A stretch of DNA of 64,000 bases, from NCBI RefSeq assembly GCF_006345805.1, contig NC_042998.1, positions 191,580,001 to 191,644,000 of the forward strand, read 5' to 3'. Both the position numbers and the translations under genes were made by a program. Position 1 is the first letter of the stretch; each line of letters begins with the position of its first letter. The notes under the pieces are model-generated. The model was not told where the DNA came from and did no database searches. It saw only the letters and a program-made list of their open reading frames with translations. Source of the stretch: Octopus sinensis (Eukaryota). Of this stretch, positions 14,158 through 27,972 are shown piece by piece.

Positions 14158-14933
14158 AATAATTAATATATTCATGCTCGCACAAGCGCACTTACACCTA
14201 TATTTATCATAATTGCGTTCAAATAGCAATGACATGAGATCCACTTAGAACAAAATATTTTCTTTTCCATCCTTTCCTTTCCATTACAAATAATATTTCA
14301 CAACCAAACTAGTAATAACGCCAGTTTGACCCACATGAATGATGATATAATCATTCATTAAATAGATTATTTTTTTCACCTACAATAGTTAATTCCCAAG
14401 AACGTATGATTTGTAAGAATATATAGTCGTAGGTTTGAATTACTGTTTATATAAGAGCATCGTGTGATTTGATATATAGCTGGAATTCTTTGTTAGTAAT
14501 GTCAAGCTTAGTCTTCAGTCAACAATTTTCAGATTTCTTTCTATTGAAATTGTAAGGTTCAGTCATTGAACACAGTAGCCAGGCTGTATCAGAAATTCTC
14601 GAATACTGTGCCTGGAATATTTTCGGAATTAACAGAATTTGTCAGCCCTTAGCTTGCCATTTCTCAAGAACAAAGATATACAAATATTAGCAAATCAGGA
14701 TTTCCCAATTCTCATATCAGAGATTAAGTGCAGTGAGTAAGGTATAATAGAATAAATTCTGTTCCTACAGCAAAACCTGCTAGTGCACACTTTTCTATTT
14801 ATTGCAAAACTTCGTTCGTTTGAAGATGTTTTCTCACAACATATTTGGACTGTGTGTGTCCTTCGCTTTCTATTAAGCATATTGAAGGAATAACGAAAGC
14901 AACCGCTTTACACAGTCATATCACAAAGCAATT

Positions 14934-15002
<69 letters not shown>

Positions 15003-15083
15003 ATCCAAACATGAAAGCAGAAAGAGAAAACACAACGCGAGGACGTGGAACAAGTATAGGAAAGGAAATAAGGAAGGAGGATT

Positions 15084-15115
15084 GAAAGTTTCGAGCGGAG
15101 CTCTTCGTCAGAAAC
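15084..15115 (-). ncRNA. Hammerhead-like motif with mutated stem III
   Basis: Minus strand reads gttt CTGACGA a GAGC tcc GCTC GAAAC tttc; core and stem II present, cleavage triplet degraded. Confidence 0.4.
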
Positions 15116-16058
15116 ATAGAAAAAGGAAAGGTCCAAGGAAGGGACAACGGAGAAAGAAAATCACCAACGATACACACGGGGTCACATATTCAAATGACCG
15201 GAAGGGAATGGATGAAGTAAAACTTCTTTCAAAGACAGGAGAGTGCAAGAGAAGGAGGTATGCGTGTGTATGTGCGTGCGCGCAGGTATGTGTGTGTGTG
15301 TTATGATAGCACGTGTATGTGTGTGTGTGTGGTTGTGGTTGTTTATCTATGTGTGTGGTTGGGCTCAGTATCGTTTAAGGTCATAGGAAGAATTTATAGA
15401 AGAGTTTTGGTAGGAGTGGCTGCCTGTTGTGTGTCTACCTACACATGGGCGTAAGAAATGGGCAGTAGAAATTACTGGTAGTTTGATGTATATGTATGTG
15501 CTTGTATGTGTGTGTGTGTTTTGTTTGCAGTGTATGTGTGTGTTCGTGTGTGTATGTGTATATGCGTGGGGGTTGTGTGTGGAGGAGTGCATATAGAGTG
15601 CAGCTTCAAGATAGCTCACGAATTAGATATATACTGAAACAGCTGTTCATTATATATTTCGTTTTCTCTTCAAAAGTATGGGATACTTAATCTATGTGTT
15701 TTTCAAAATATTCTCTTTTCCTGAAACACGAATTTTGGACACACCAAGATATTACACTCTCCCCCATTGTAATTGAATCTTTAGTTCTACAACCTTGTTT
15801 AGTTTAGATTGTTTTCTGTATATGGTGAGGTTGTAGGAATTTCCTGAACGTAAAGTGGGGAAATGTTTGAGTACGAAGGAAATTTTGGGCGTTATATAAA
15901 TGCCAATCTGTGAGTTAAACTATGATTAATTTTCTGTCTCAGATGCGAAATGTATATTTATCGCGTTTAAAACCACAAAATTTCATATAGCACAAATTAT
16001 TCAGCACTGAGGCAATATATTCATAAAATATACATAAAATATGAACATAAAATATGAA

Positions 16059-16440
16059 TAGGCGCAGGAGTGGCTGAGTGGTAAGTAGCTTGCTTACGAA
16101 CCACATGGTTCCGGGTTCAGTCTCACTGCGTGGCACCTTGGGCAAGTGTCTTCTACTATAGCCTTTTGCCGACCAAAGCCTTGTGGGTGAATTTGGTTGA
16201 CGGAAACTGAAAGAAGCCTGTCGTATATATGTATATGTGTGTGTTTGTGCTTCTGTGTTTGTCCCCCCAACATCGCTTGAAACTGATGCTGTTGTGTTTA
16301 CGTCCCCGTAACTAGCGGTTCGGCAAAAAAGACCGATAGAATAAGTACTAGGCTTACAAAGAACAAGTCCTATGTTCGATTTGCTCGACTATATGCGGTG
16401 CTCCAGCATGGCCGCAGTCAAATAACTGAAACAAGTTAAA
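16059..16440 (+). mobile_element. SINE family A, full length
   Basis: Colinear with 1264-1663. Confidence 0.9.
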
Positions 16441-16824
16441 AAAGTCAGCGAAATTTGAAGATTGATAAAGAAAAAAACTTTAGAAAATACGTAGGATATT
16501 CATCATACAGGAATTTCGTATGCTGAACGCGTGGTGCATTCCCCTATCCCTACAGATAAATATTTCATATATTTTGTATATGAATATTTTAGCATACAAA
16601 ATATATGAAATATGCCTACAACAATTGAGTTGGCGTATGTATTACAAATTTTATGACAACATATATTGTCACCATTCAAATGTTTGTTGCTGATCGTATT
16701 TTCATGTGCTTTGGAATAAATTGAACACCTTTGCTTATATATTGTTTCGCATATACTCTACTTTAATTGTTTGTATAAATGGTAACATGAAACATAAAGT
16801 AATGCGAGAGAAAGTTAGATTCAG

Positions 16825-17095
<271 letters not shown>

Positions 17096-17856
17096 ATGTC
17101 ACGATATATGGATTCAAGTATTCCGGTAGTATTCGTAAAAATGCTCCTTAGTTTGCCATATCATAAAACATTTAGATTATATGGAAATATACATATGGAG
17201 ATATATGATGAGCTTTATTCAACAATAAGCATCAAAATATCATGACAAATTTGTTTCGCTGATCCCAAAACATGTAAATAGTTCATATTACTGTATTTAA
17301 TAATAAGCCACTCACATGTCAACATTAAATTAAAATACGAAACGTTCTCTGAATATAATGCAGAATTTGGTATACCTCATCAGGTGAAAATTGTTAATTG
17401 TTAAATACATCACGATTTTAATATACCTTCTTAATTTTATGATATACGAACGCCGTATTATATCTTAAAATAACTACGGAAGACGATAATGACTAAACAA
17501 CTATAAATAAATAGAAGGATTTTCTTATAAATTAATGGGGACTTGAATAATATAATTAAGAAATCAATAATTGTAAAAACATTACTAGTATTTAGAAAAT
17601 TTAGAAATATAACTAAAAAATTATAATATGGTGCATTTAATAATATAGAGAGATACGTATGCAAACACACATATTACATATATATCAATCTGTGTTGTTG
17701 CTGACCGTCCTTGCTGCCAGTGGTCCTTCAGCAACAACACAACTTGATAAACTCAATGGCTACTGCTGATTTCAGGTCACGACAGACAGAGAGGATACTC
17801 TTGAAGTCGAGAATTTGAAATTATGGATTAAATATTTATTATTATTATTATTATTA

Positions 17857-17890
<34 letters not shown>

Positions 17891-17903
17891 TATTATTATT
17901 ATT

Positions 17904-17991
17904 AAGGCGGTGAGCTGGCTGAATTATTAGCACGCTGGGCAAGATACTTATCGGTATTTCCTCTGCCACTACGTTCTCAATTCAAATTCCG
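17904..17991 (+). mobile_element. SINE family B, 5' fragment after an (ATT)n tract
   Basis: aaggcggtgagctggc...tagcacgctgggc...ggtatttc...ttcaaattccg. Confidence 0.75.
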
Positions 17992-18733
17992 TTGTTGTTG
18001 TTATTATTATTCTTCATAATATACACATTTAAGTTATTAATTGTGACGTTGTTATTAATGGCTCTAGGAGCATGATTATGATTATTATTTAGGTTAGATA
18101 TTATAGTGGACGATTTCTGTTAGTATTTAGTATATCATTATTTGTTTGATTATTTGATACTAGATATTTTAGTTTTCAATAATAAAATCTAGATACATAA
18201 TCAGTAACTTTGGGCATATTAGAGTATAATAATTTAACCGTATGTCTATTGATTAGAATATGGATTTAGGGAAATATTTATCCTATGCTACATTTAAACT
18301 AAAATGTAGGTTAAACCACAAAAAGTTTTTCTATCAATTAGGCTTTTTTACAATACGGATTATGAAATTTGTCATTATTACTACAATTTATATTTTCATA
18401 TAAACTGTTATTATAATTATTATCATCATCTATATTTTTAGAATTCTTCAATGGGTGAGTTTTTTATCATAATAATTATATTTTCTATTCTTATTAGTAA
18501 TAGTATGATTGTAAATATTTTTATTACATATGTATATATTTCTAAGTATATAAGTCTCCCTGGGGTGCTCCTACTGTTTATATACGCATGTATTGATCTC
18601 TCTCTCTATATATATATAGCTGTGTGAATATATATCTATGTAAGTGTATATATTTGTCTATGTGTGTGTACGTTGTATATGTTTGTATATAAATGTTTAT
18701 GTATATGTGTACGTAGTTCTATGTATATGGATG

Positions 18734-18768
<35 letters not shown>

Positions 18769-19769
18769 GAGTATATGTATATATGTGTGTGTATGTATGT
18801 ATATATATACATATGTGTGTATATATATATATATATATTTGCATTTGTATTTGTGTAACATTTCTCCGTTTTTCCCCGTCCTTGTTTTCGTATACATTCG
18901 CAGCTTTCTTCCAAGGAATCGAGTGCTCTTAGCTTAGCTTTTCCTTGGGGCTGACCAGATTAGAGCAATCTCGTGTATAACCAGCCGAAATTACAAAGAC
19001 AATCTGGAACTCGACTGAGGAAAGAAAACTCCGAATGACCCTTTCTTTGTGTCATCTGTCTGGATGCTTTGTAGTCTCTCTTTTGTATCCCCTGTCTGGA
19101 TGTTTTGCGTTCTTGTCCCATTTTTGTATTATATATATATATATGTGTGTGTGTGTATGTATGTATGTGTGTATACATATGTGCTTACGTATGTATATGT
19201 GTGTGTGCGTGCGTGTATGTTTGCATACGTATTTCTCTATATTGTTAAATACATCATTTTTATTATAATGTTAATTCATATTTAGTACTTATTTAATTTC
19301 TAATAATGTTTATACAATTATGAATTTTTAAAATTATATTACTCAAATCCCCTTTGATTTATCAGAAAATCATTTTATTTATCGTAATTCTGTCAATATC
19401 ATCTTCCGTATTTAAAAAAAAATTATAACACAGCGTTCCTATATCATCAAATCGAGAAAGTATATTAAAATCGTGATGTATTTAACAATTAACCATTTTC
19501 ACCTGGTGAGGTAGCTCAAATTCTGCATTATTTTCAGGGAACTTTTCGTATTTCAAATTAATAGAGACATGTGAGTAGATAATATGATCTATTTATATGT
19601 TTTGGCATCACTGAAACAAATTTGCCATGATATTTTGATGCTTATTGTTGAATAAAGTTCATTATGCTTCTCCATTATTTACATCTTTATATATATATAT
19701 GTGTGTGTGTGTATGTCTGTCTGTATGTATTTATACATACATACATTTATATATATACATATATGTATA

Positions 19770-19815
<46 letters not shown>

Positions 19816-20324
19816 GTTCTGTTATACATAGGATCTACAAGAAAGCAGACCTTCAGCATTTAAAATGAAATACTAATAATACAATGCTGCGAAATCAAAC
19901 TAATTTGGCAGATTTATATACTCTGACTTGTATCTTCGAGCAATTTTTCAGGCTCGAATACACGTGACTAGTGTTATTTGAAAAGCAAGACACTGCAGTA
20001 TGAGAAAACACGAGTAACTAAGAATGGAGAAAGAAAGAAAAAGTTAACAAACATTTTTGACCAGTTTCTCCATCGAATTCATAATTAATCTAGCAGACGC
20101 AGAATACTTCAACAGAGATTAGGCCAAAGCCAACTGTTCAATCCGGACAGGCTGCGGCTGAATTGGGTTTCTTTCTTTCATTTCTTTTTCTGGATGTACT
20201 CACATTTTGTTTTCTCGTTTCACATTTTCTCATTCCACTTATACACCTTCCTCCACGCTTTTCTTTCTCAAATTTTCTTTTAATGTAGCGTCCTGTTTTT
20301 CAAATACGTGCATCCCTATGGATG

Positions 20325-20505
20325 GGATGGAAGCACTCCGTCGGTTACGACGACGAGGGTTTCGGTTGATCCGAATCAACGGAACAGCCTGCTCTTGAAG
20401 TTAACGTGTAAGTGGCTGAGCACTCCACAGACACGTGTACCCTTAACGTAGTTCTCGGGGATATTCAGCGTGACACAGAGAGTGACAAGGCCGGCCCCTT
20501 GAAAT
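20325..20505 (+). mobile_element. Interspersed repeat family E (SINE-like 3' region)
   Basis: tggctgagcactccacagacacgtgtaccct recurs in diverged form at about 13455-13490. Confidence 0.6.
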
Positions 20506-20516
20506 ATAGGTACAAC

Positions 20517-20695
20517 AGAAACAGAAAGTAAGAGTGAGAGAAAGTTGTGGTGAAAGAGTACAGCAGGGATCACCACCATCCCCTGCCGGAGCCTCGTGGA
20601 GCTTTAGGTGTTTTCGCTCAATAAACACTCACAACGCCCGGTCTGGGAATCGAAACCGCGATCCTATGACAGCGAGTCTGCTGCCCTAACCACTC
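20517..20695 (-). mobile_element. tRNA-derived SINE family C
   Basis: Reverse complement of 60373-60530; head has gtggttagggcagc (A box) and ggtttcgattccc (B box). Confidence 0.85.
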
Positions 20696-20699
20696 GGCA

Positions 20700-21012
20700 G
20701 GTGGTAGTATAGTGAGAAGTTTGATTCTCAGCCACATAGTTCTGGATCTAATCCATCTGCATGGCACCTTGGGTAAGTATCTTCTACTGTGTGTGTGTAT
20801 GTGTGTGTGGTGTGTATTTGTCCGCCATCTCCGCTTGACGACTGAGGATGCAGTGTTTACGTCCCTGTAACCTAGCAATGTGACAAAATAGACGGAGAGT
20901 ATACATGCTAGGTCTAATAAAAAATAAGTGCTGGGGTATATTTGTTCGACGAGAAAACCTTCAAAATGGTGACTCAGAATAGCCGCAATCAAACGAGTGA
21001 AATAAGTAAAAG
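20700..21012 (+). mobile_element. Old, internally deleted SINE-A-related copy
   Basis: Diverged match to family A: ggcaccttgggtaagtatcttctact...gtttacgtccctgtaacctagc...gaaataagtaaaag. Confidence 0.65.
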
Positions 21013-21034
21013 TTAATATCTATCTATCTATATT

Positions 21035-21081
<47 letters not shown>

Positions 21082-21110
21082 GTCTATCTATCTATCTGTC
21101 TATCTATCTA

Positions 21111-21169
<59 letters not shown>

Positions 21170-21170
21170 C

Positions 21171-21250
21171 AAAAACTGTCTGATGAACGGCAACGAGAAA
21201 CTCAGAGTAACAGATTTTGTTGAATTTTCTCCTGCTTTAAATAAAGTATA
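21171..21250 (+). ncRNA. Minimal type I hammerhead motif, second locus of the 32.6-kb family
   Basis: aaaaactgt CTGATGA acg-gcaa-cga GAAA ctc-a-gag TA acagattttgtt; intact core, one stem II mismatch, same downstream tgaattttctcctgctttaaata. Confidence 0.7.
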
Positions 21251-21299
21251 TATATATATATATATATATATGTTTATTTCATTGTGTTTCTTTCTGTTG

Positions 21300-21434
21300 A
21301 AGAGTCAGAGCGTAGGTTCTAAATCCACTCACAAGGCTTTGGTGGGCCTGAAGCAACAGTAGGAGACACTCTCCCAAGGTGCCACCCAGTGGTACTGAAC
21401 CCGGCACCATATGGTTGGGAAGCAAGCTTCTTAC

Positions 21435-21437
<3 letters not shown>
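21300..21437 (-). mobile_element. SINE family A, 5' half
   Basis: aaatccactcacaaggctttgg...cccaaggtgccacccagtggtactgaacccgg...cttaccac. Confidence 0.8.
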
Positions 21438-21509
<72 letters not shown>

Positions 21510-21996
21510 TTTACCGCACGTTAAATATTTGTCTAGTTTCCCGTTTGCTCTACTTTCGTCTAACTTTTTCTTCTTTTGTTCTTTCTGTTGATCCCTTGAT
21601 ACATCCATATACCTCTTACTCTAACGCTTTTACCTTAAATCTTACTCTATCTCTTTCTACACTCTTACCCTCTCTTTCCTCCCTAGCTTACTTACCTTCT
21701 ACCTTTCTTTTCTCTCTCTTTTTCCCAGAAGATTAATAATACCATTGGAGCCTCCAAAATTAAGTCGCCTCAATGGCAATGGCACGAAACCACTATGATA
21801 TTTCGGGTCATTGACTGACGAGGAAAACTCAGCTGCAAATATTCCGTGTATCGTGTCTTTGTCTAAATTTCCCGCCCGTTACGTTTTCGTCTACTTTCCC
21901 GTTAACTCTGCTTTCTTCTAATCTTTTCTCCTCGTTGTGTTCTTTCTGTTCAACCCTTGATATATGTGTGTGTGTGTGTGTGCATGTGTGTGTATG

Positions 21997-22030
<34 letters not shown>

Positions 22031-22895
22031 CGTATATATGTGCTTCTGTGCGCGTGCGCGTGTGTATGTAGTAAATACATTTGCATTAATAGATATATTT
22101 GCGTTTCTTCAAAATATACTTAACCTCATTGCATAAATAATATGGCTTCTACATTGGCCTCCCTCTCCAGAACAATATATTAGAGCTGTTTGTTCTGAGT
22201 ATGTCAATTTGTCGGCGATACGGATATCTCCTTCCTAGTAACATAGAAGAAAGTTATAACTACTTGTAAAAATATACTACGAGTAGTTGGCCCCTATTTT
22301 ACCCGCCTCGTTTGTCTATTTGTGTATCCATTTTGACGAAACGCATCAGGTTGTTCTTTTATTTCGATCTGCAGAGAGAGAGAGAGCGCTGAATCTGAAC
22401 TTCAGATCTGAATTACGCAGTGAAGATAAGTCCATGCTTAATATAAGTAAGAACGTAAATTAATTTACAGTTTCTATATACATACCCACGCACACACATA
22501 CACACACAGTCATATACACACGTAGTCACATACACACACTATATTTAGCCACACACATACAAGTATAAAAACATCTAAAGTGTAAATATAACCAAATATA
22601 TAATACAGATTGCAAATATTTAGGATAGATTAACGATTTTGTAATATAAATCGAATTCTTTATAATCGAATTCTTTCTTGGTACAAAGAATTCTGTGATA
22701 TAACTGGCTGACGCAATGTGATAATTGTATTTCCTTGAACTGAAATCTTAAAAAGTTCTCTTTTAATTTTAAATATTACATATTGGCGAAATTCCCATTA
22801 ACATACAACCAGGACAACGTATGAAAACTAAAAGGGATCAAAGTGTGCTCATAATACAGGCAGAACAAAGCCTCTTTCTCTCTTTCTACCATTAG

Positions 22896-22922
22896 GATAA
22901 TAATTTCTTTCCTTCTGGAAAT
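22896..22922 (+). other. Candidate 27-nt microexon
   Basis: ctctttctctctttctaccattag|GATAATAATTTCTTTCCTTCTGGAAAT|gtaagc; frame-preserving, reads DNNFFPSGN in phase 0. Splice-signal pattern only. Confidence 0.3.
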
Positions 22923-23648
22923 GTAAGCCCTGTATAATCCAAAACTGAAACTCAAAGGCTCAACATCTTTCTGAATTTCTACAATGTCCTATTTCCCAAA
23001 GTCGCGATTACAATTCACTCTTAATCCTTCTTTTGCTGGCGTAGAGAACACCCCTCGCTCCTATTCTTCCCTTTTTTTCTCCAACAACCAAACTACAGAA
23101 GTTCGAGATGAATCTTAACTTCTTGCTGTTACCAGTTCCACAGTTCCACATGCAACCCTTTATGAGATCAAACTTTTAAATTGTTAATCTAAGTTAATAT
23201 TTACAATGATCAATGCTTTACTTTCAATGTTTATTTCAATCAATGTTACAAAACTGATTATCAACGCACAAATAACTGTAGAGCCTAAGATTCATCAATT
23301 CTGAGTAAGCAGTATATTGTGCTTCTAACAATGAACAATGTTATGTAAAACGGATGGTTCGTACTTTTGGTCTACTTTAATCTATATTGCTATTTACGTT
23401 GTAACAATTTCAAAACAGTATGTATGATTTATATGAAAAATATAGATTTGTTTTGTTCATTCTGATAGTTAGGTTTCTATGTCATCAATACAAAACAAAT
23501 GATTCACCACGCTTATAACATTGGATATAAGAGAGATATGGGCAATTTACTGCTGGTTTAACACTTAAATTATGACTTTTGATTTTATACAGACACATGT
23601 CAACTTTTTCAAGCAATACATTCCATTTTAAAAATAACATTGTTTTAG

Positions 23649-23700
<52 letters not shown>

Positions 23701-26014
23701 CAGATTAAATCATAGAACATGAATTATTGAAACTACAATTGCTCGATAGAAATTTGATGCTATACAAGTAAATGGGGAATAGTATTTCATGTTCAGAAAT
23801 AAACAGCAAAACTAAATCTATAATTCACTCGATACTAGTTTAAAACATTGATCAGAAGTGAAGTAAGACTGTAGGAAATATTCGTAGAAATTACTACTAT
23901 TAAATATAAAGTTATGTCTATACAGAAATGTGTTCACAGAGAAACGATACAAGAAACGAGAGAGAAAATAAATAGGAAAAGAAAACAAAGCGAGGTTGAT
24001 AGAATATTATGATATAATAAAAAAACTGAGATGAAGAAAGTGAAAGATGGATACAAAAGAGGCAGAGATTAAAAACAAAGAAATAGTTTAAACGTCAGTG
24101 TTGTTTTAAAATGTGATATACATAAAAAAATGTACTGGGTTCTCGATTTGGTTCTAATTAAACGTGAAAGTTGACAGATATGTTCAATTTATGTGAGCAG
24201 GTTTACATCTTATGCTCTCTAGTTATCAAGGGAATATTTACATGGTTTAAATCTCATTGCTTGGATCAGTGACATAGATAACGTTGCCGCGTGCGTGCTG
24301 TGGCTCATTTATCTGTAAACCAGCCTTTTCATTCTGAATACTGTAACAGGAATGTGATAGATTACCATAGCTCTTATACAACGTGACGTGATAAATGTTA
24401 TATTGTTCTCAAACATATTCTAACAAAGAATAACCTTCTTTCTTTCTTTCTTTCTTTCTTTTTGTTTCTGTCTTCATTCTTTTCTTGTTCAAATACGTTT
24501 CAATTCAGAAGGAAGGCTAGATATTTTCGATACGAGTGGAATCTTCATTTTGGGCAGATGGTGGTAGGTTATCAAAGTTATTGAAATAAGGAACAAATTC
24601 AACTCCTCGAATTGGAATTGCTCAAATATAAGTTATATTTGTTTCCAAAATATCTAAGTTTGTACAAAAAAAATAGACTGACATGAAACGAAACAAAAAA
24701 ATATATTGGAAATTCCTAAAGATTCTATACGCACGTTTCATATACTATCTAGAGATAACAGAAATCAAAAGTGTTACTCCTTTTTGCAAATATGTAAATA
24801 TCTGGAATAAAGTAGATATATCCATGTATCTGCTAATTTGGAAATTATTTATCATTTACATAAGAGCAAATTGTTGTAAAGCGGGAATGAACTGCAATTA
24901 ATGAATGATATATCGACATGGTACACACACAAAAAAAAACACAGACATGTATATATTGGACGTTCAAGCTATGTTATGAAAAAGCGCATTTACTTCATTA
25001 ACTTGTTACATAACAACTTATAGAGGAATCAAAATTCAATTAATGATATAAACAATCTTAATAACATCAGAAAGGCAACATTTTAGGCGAAGCTCGATTG
25101 TACAACATGGTTATCCAAGTAAATATCTTGAGGACATATTCATTTGTTTTGTGTACACATACACACTTTAATTAAATTTCCTATCCTCTGCTGTTTTCTT
25201 TTTATCAGTGTTGTTTTATAATACATTAGGATGTACATAAGGTTTTATTCTTAATAAAAAATTCCTCCAAACAATCAGATGCATGCGATTGGATAACAAC
25301 GTCCAAATTAAAGTTGTTTTCTGAGTTGCAGTCGGTTTCAAGGTGATTCAATGGATCACTGCTTAAAAGCAAGATTGTTTATCAGAGCTATTGTATATTT
25401 TGCCGTTGATACATCAACATCAATTGCATTGTGGCCAACTGTACCTTCGTATCATCGTTTGAATTAGTTTACTATATTTCTTAACTTCCCTTCGAGAATC
25501 ATCGAGGGATCATTTTATTGGCACTTTGACATCCCTAAACTCGCAGCCTAGTATCTCAAATATACCAAGAGCACGTTAGCAATATGATTATTAAGACCTC
25601 TAAAATAATAGCATGATCAAGATTCTACTCAATAAGATCTCAAATGACGCTAAACAACTAAATAGCAATCCTCCCCCATCCAATTAGGATATCCCAACGT
25701 GGTCGATCGGCTTGCAAGAAATATTACCAAGACGCCCCTCAAATTCTCATCTTGGACAATGCACCCTTAACAATACTATGTCTAGATAAAAGAAGGTAGT
25801 AATCATCACTAGTACCGCTTTTAACCTATGGCTGCTTAACCATGACTTGCAACGAAACAGCAACAATTTTGGTTTACTGTAAACATTTTCTTTTATAACA
25901 TATTAGACTAAATGCAGCGTTGCAGCTCACTTTCAAAGCGTTTAGCCTTACAAGTCAAATCTTTGAGATTTTTCAAGCAACCAAAGAGATCATTCTTTCT
26001 CTATCTTTCTGTTA

Positions 26015-26411
26015 TCATTTACTTGTTTCAGTCATTTGACTGCGGTCATGCTGGAGCACCGCCTTTAATCGAGCAACTCGACCCCAGGACTTATTCTTTT
26101 GTAAGCCCAGTACTTATTCTATCGGACTCTTTTGCCGAACCGCTAAGTAACGGGGACATAAACACACCAGCATCGGTTGTTAAGCAATGCTAGGGGGACA
26201 AACACAGACACACAAACACACACATGCATATATATATACACATATACGACGGGCTTCTTTCAGTTTCCATCTACCAAATCCACTCACAAGGCTTTGGTCG
26301 GCCCGAGGCTATAGTAGAAGACACTTGCCCAAGGTGCCACGCAGTGGGACTGAACCCGGAACCATGTGGTTGGTAAACAAGCTACTTACCACTCAGCCAC
26401 TCCTGCGCCTA
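26015..26411 (-). mobile_element. SINE family A, full length
   Basis: Reverse complement of 1264-1663 with few differences. Confidence 0.9.
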
Positions 26412-26766
26412 TGCACAAACAATGATCTCTGTCACTCGGAGCTCGATTCTTTTGTACTTCCTCCACCCAGTTACTTTTGATTCCCTAATTTTGTCTCCTC
26501 TTAACACTCTGTTATCTCAAACACTCAGTCCACACTAACTACTGCGTAATGGGATCTGCCAACTAATAATTGTCCAAATCATTGGTTCGTGAGAGGAATT
26601 GGTTGAGGAGAAACAGCAACCATCAGCATGCACTAGCACGGCTGGCAGACATCAACACGCATCAGTACGGCTGGTAGCATCAGCACGCACCATCACATAG
26701 TTTCTTAGCAGAATCCTATAAATAAGATCCAAAATTTCTTGTTAGATTTAATAACCATAGATAGCG

Positions 26767-26810
26767 TTGGCTGAGGAGAGACACAACAAAGTCGACACAG
26801 CCTGTCCCAA
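26767..26810 (+). ncRNA. Degenerate type I hammerhead in a possible Penelope pLTR remnant
   Basis: ttgg CTGAGGA gagac-acaacaaa-gtc GAcAC agcct GTC ccaa; stem I ttgg/ccaa closes the motif, GAAA mutated to GACA; tataaata about 50 bp upstream. Confidence 0.5.
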
Positions 26811-27046
26811 ATCTCCTACCTCAATGAATAGAGTGTGTTATGAAACGAAATACAATGATTAGGAAATTCATGTTTGGATCTATAAGAAAGTATTAAGAAT
26901 GAAGGTGTATGTCATCATTTTGGTTCTTGCTATTCACTGTCCACATATCGATTTATTAAGGATATTAAAATCACTAGATTCGGCGAGGAACTACGAAGTC
27001 TATGGTCATTATTCCTTCCTCTAGACTTACTAATTATAAACAAATT

Positions 27047-27472
27047 GGATCTTTTCGGTTTGAACGGCAGTTTTTTCTAGCGGTGTCACATGAAATTGTC
27101 ACCCATAATTATGACCCTAGTATCGATCTATTGCATTTCAATCTGTTTTGGGGTTAGTTAGGGTTAGGGTTATGGGTGGGGGAAGGGCATCTTGTTTTCT
27201 ACACAAATGTAAATAAACCCAATCTGTTTCTTAAACGAGGGACATATTCATACGGCAGAGAATATTTTCACCTCAATAGACGGTCATTGATTGGTTGAAA
27301 TTGCCGAAATGCAAGAAATTAAAGACCAAATATCTTACAAACTATAGAATTTTCTCGATAAAGCCAAGAGAAAAAGATGTTTTATAAACACATTCTACCA
27401 GTATACGAAGTTCGAAATTTTTTAGTTACCTAGTAATCATGTTAAAAACTGCCGTTCAAACCGAAAAGATCC
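27047..27472. mobile_element. MITE with ~30-bp TIRs
   Basis: ggatcttttcggtttgaacggcagttttt ... aaaaactgccgttcaaaccgaaaagatcc; internal gttagggttagggtt. Confidence 0.88.
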
Positions 27473-27964
27473 AACAAATTTTCCGTGTCTTTTTAAACCT
27501 TGTTTACTTCACTTACAGTGTTTAGTTTAAAATATTGTATTTTCATCAAATTTAAATAAATGTGTATAAACTAGTAGTTGTATGACTACTGAGAGCTAAT
27601 AGCAGTTCACGGTTACTATTTTTATAGAGTCAAATATAAAACATTGAATTTATTAGTCATCTAACTCTCCCATTCAGTTTTATTCATTGATTTGACATTA
27701 CCGCATTACATCATCAAACATTGATTCAAGAATGTTAAACGATAGTCTCTCGTGAGAACGTTCATGCAACGGGCTTCAGGAAGGCGAAGCTACTCTCAGG
27801 AAAACGCCAGCCGGTTGAAAGGTCTTGTTCAACTCTATAAGAATTTGATAGTTGACGAACAAGAATGCCTTCTAGCTGGCAATTCAATTTGGTATGTAGT
27901 TTATTGAACTTTAATAATAATCACCCGCTGTTTTAGTTACGTTTAGAAACGCTGTATGACGAAC

Positions 27965-27972
27965 TGACGTCA
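27965..27972. promoter_or_regulatory. Palindromic CRE site (TGACGTCA)
   Basis: Exact CREB/ATF consensus within a microsatellite-free unique stretch. Confidence 0.3.
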
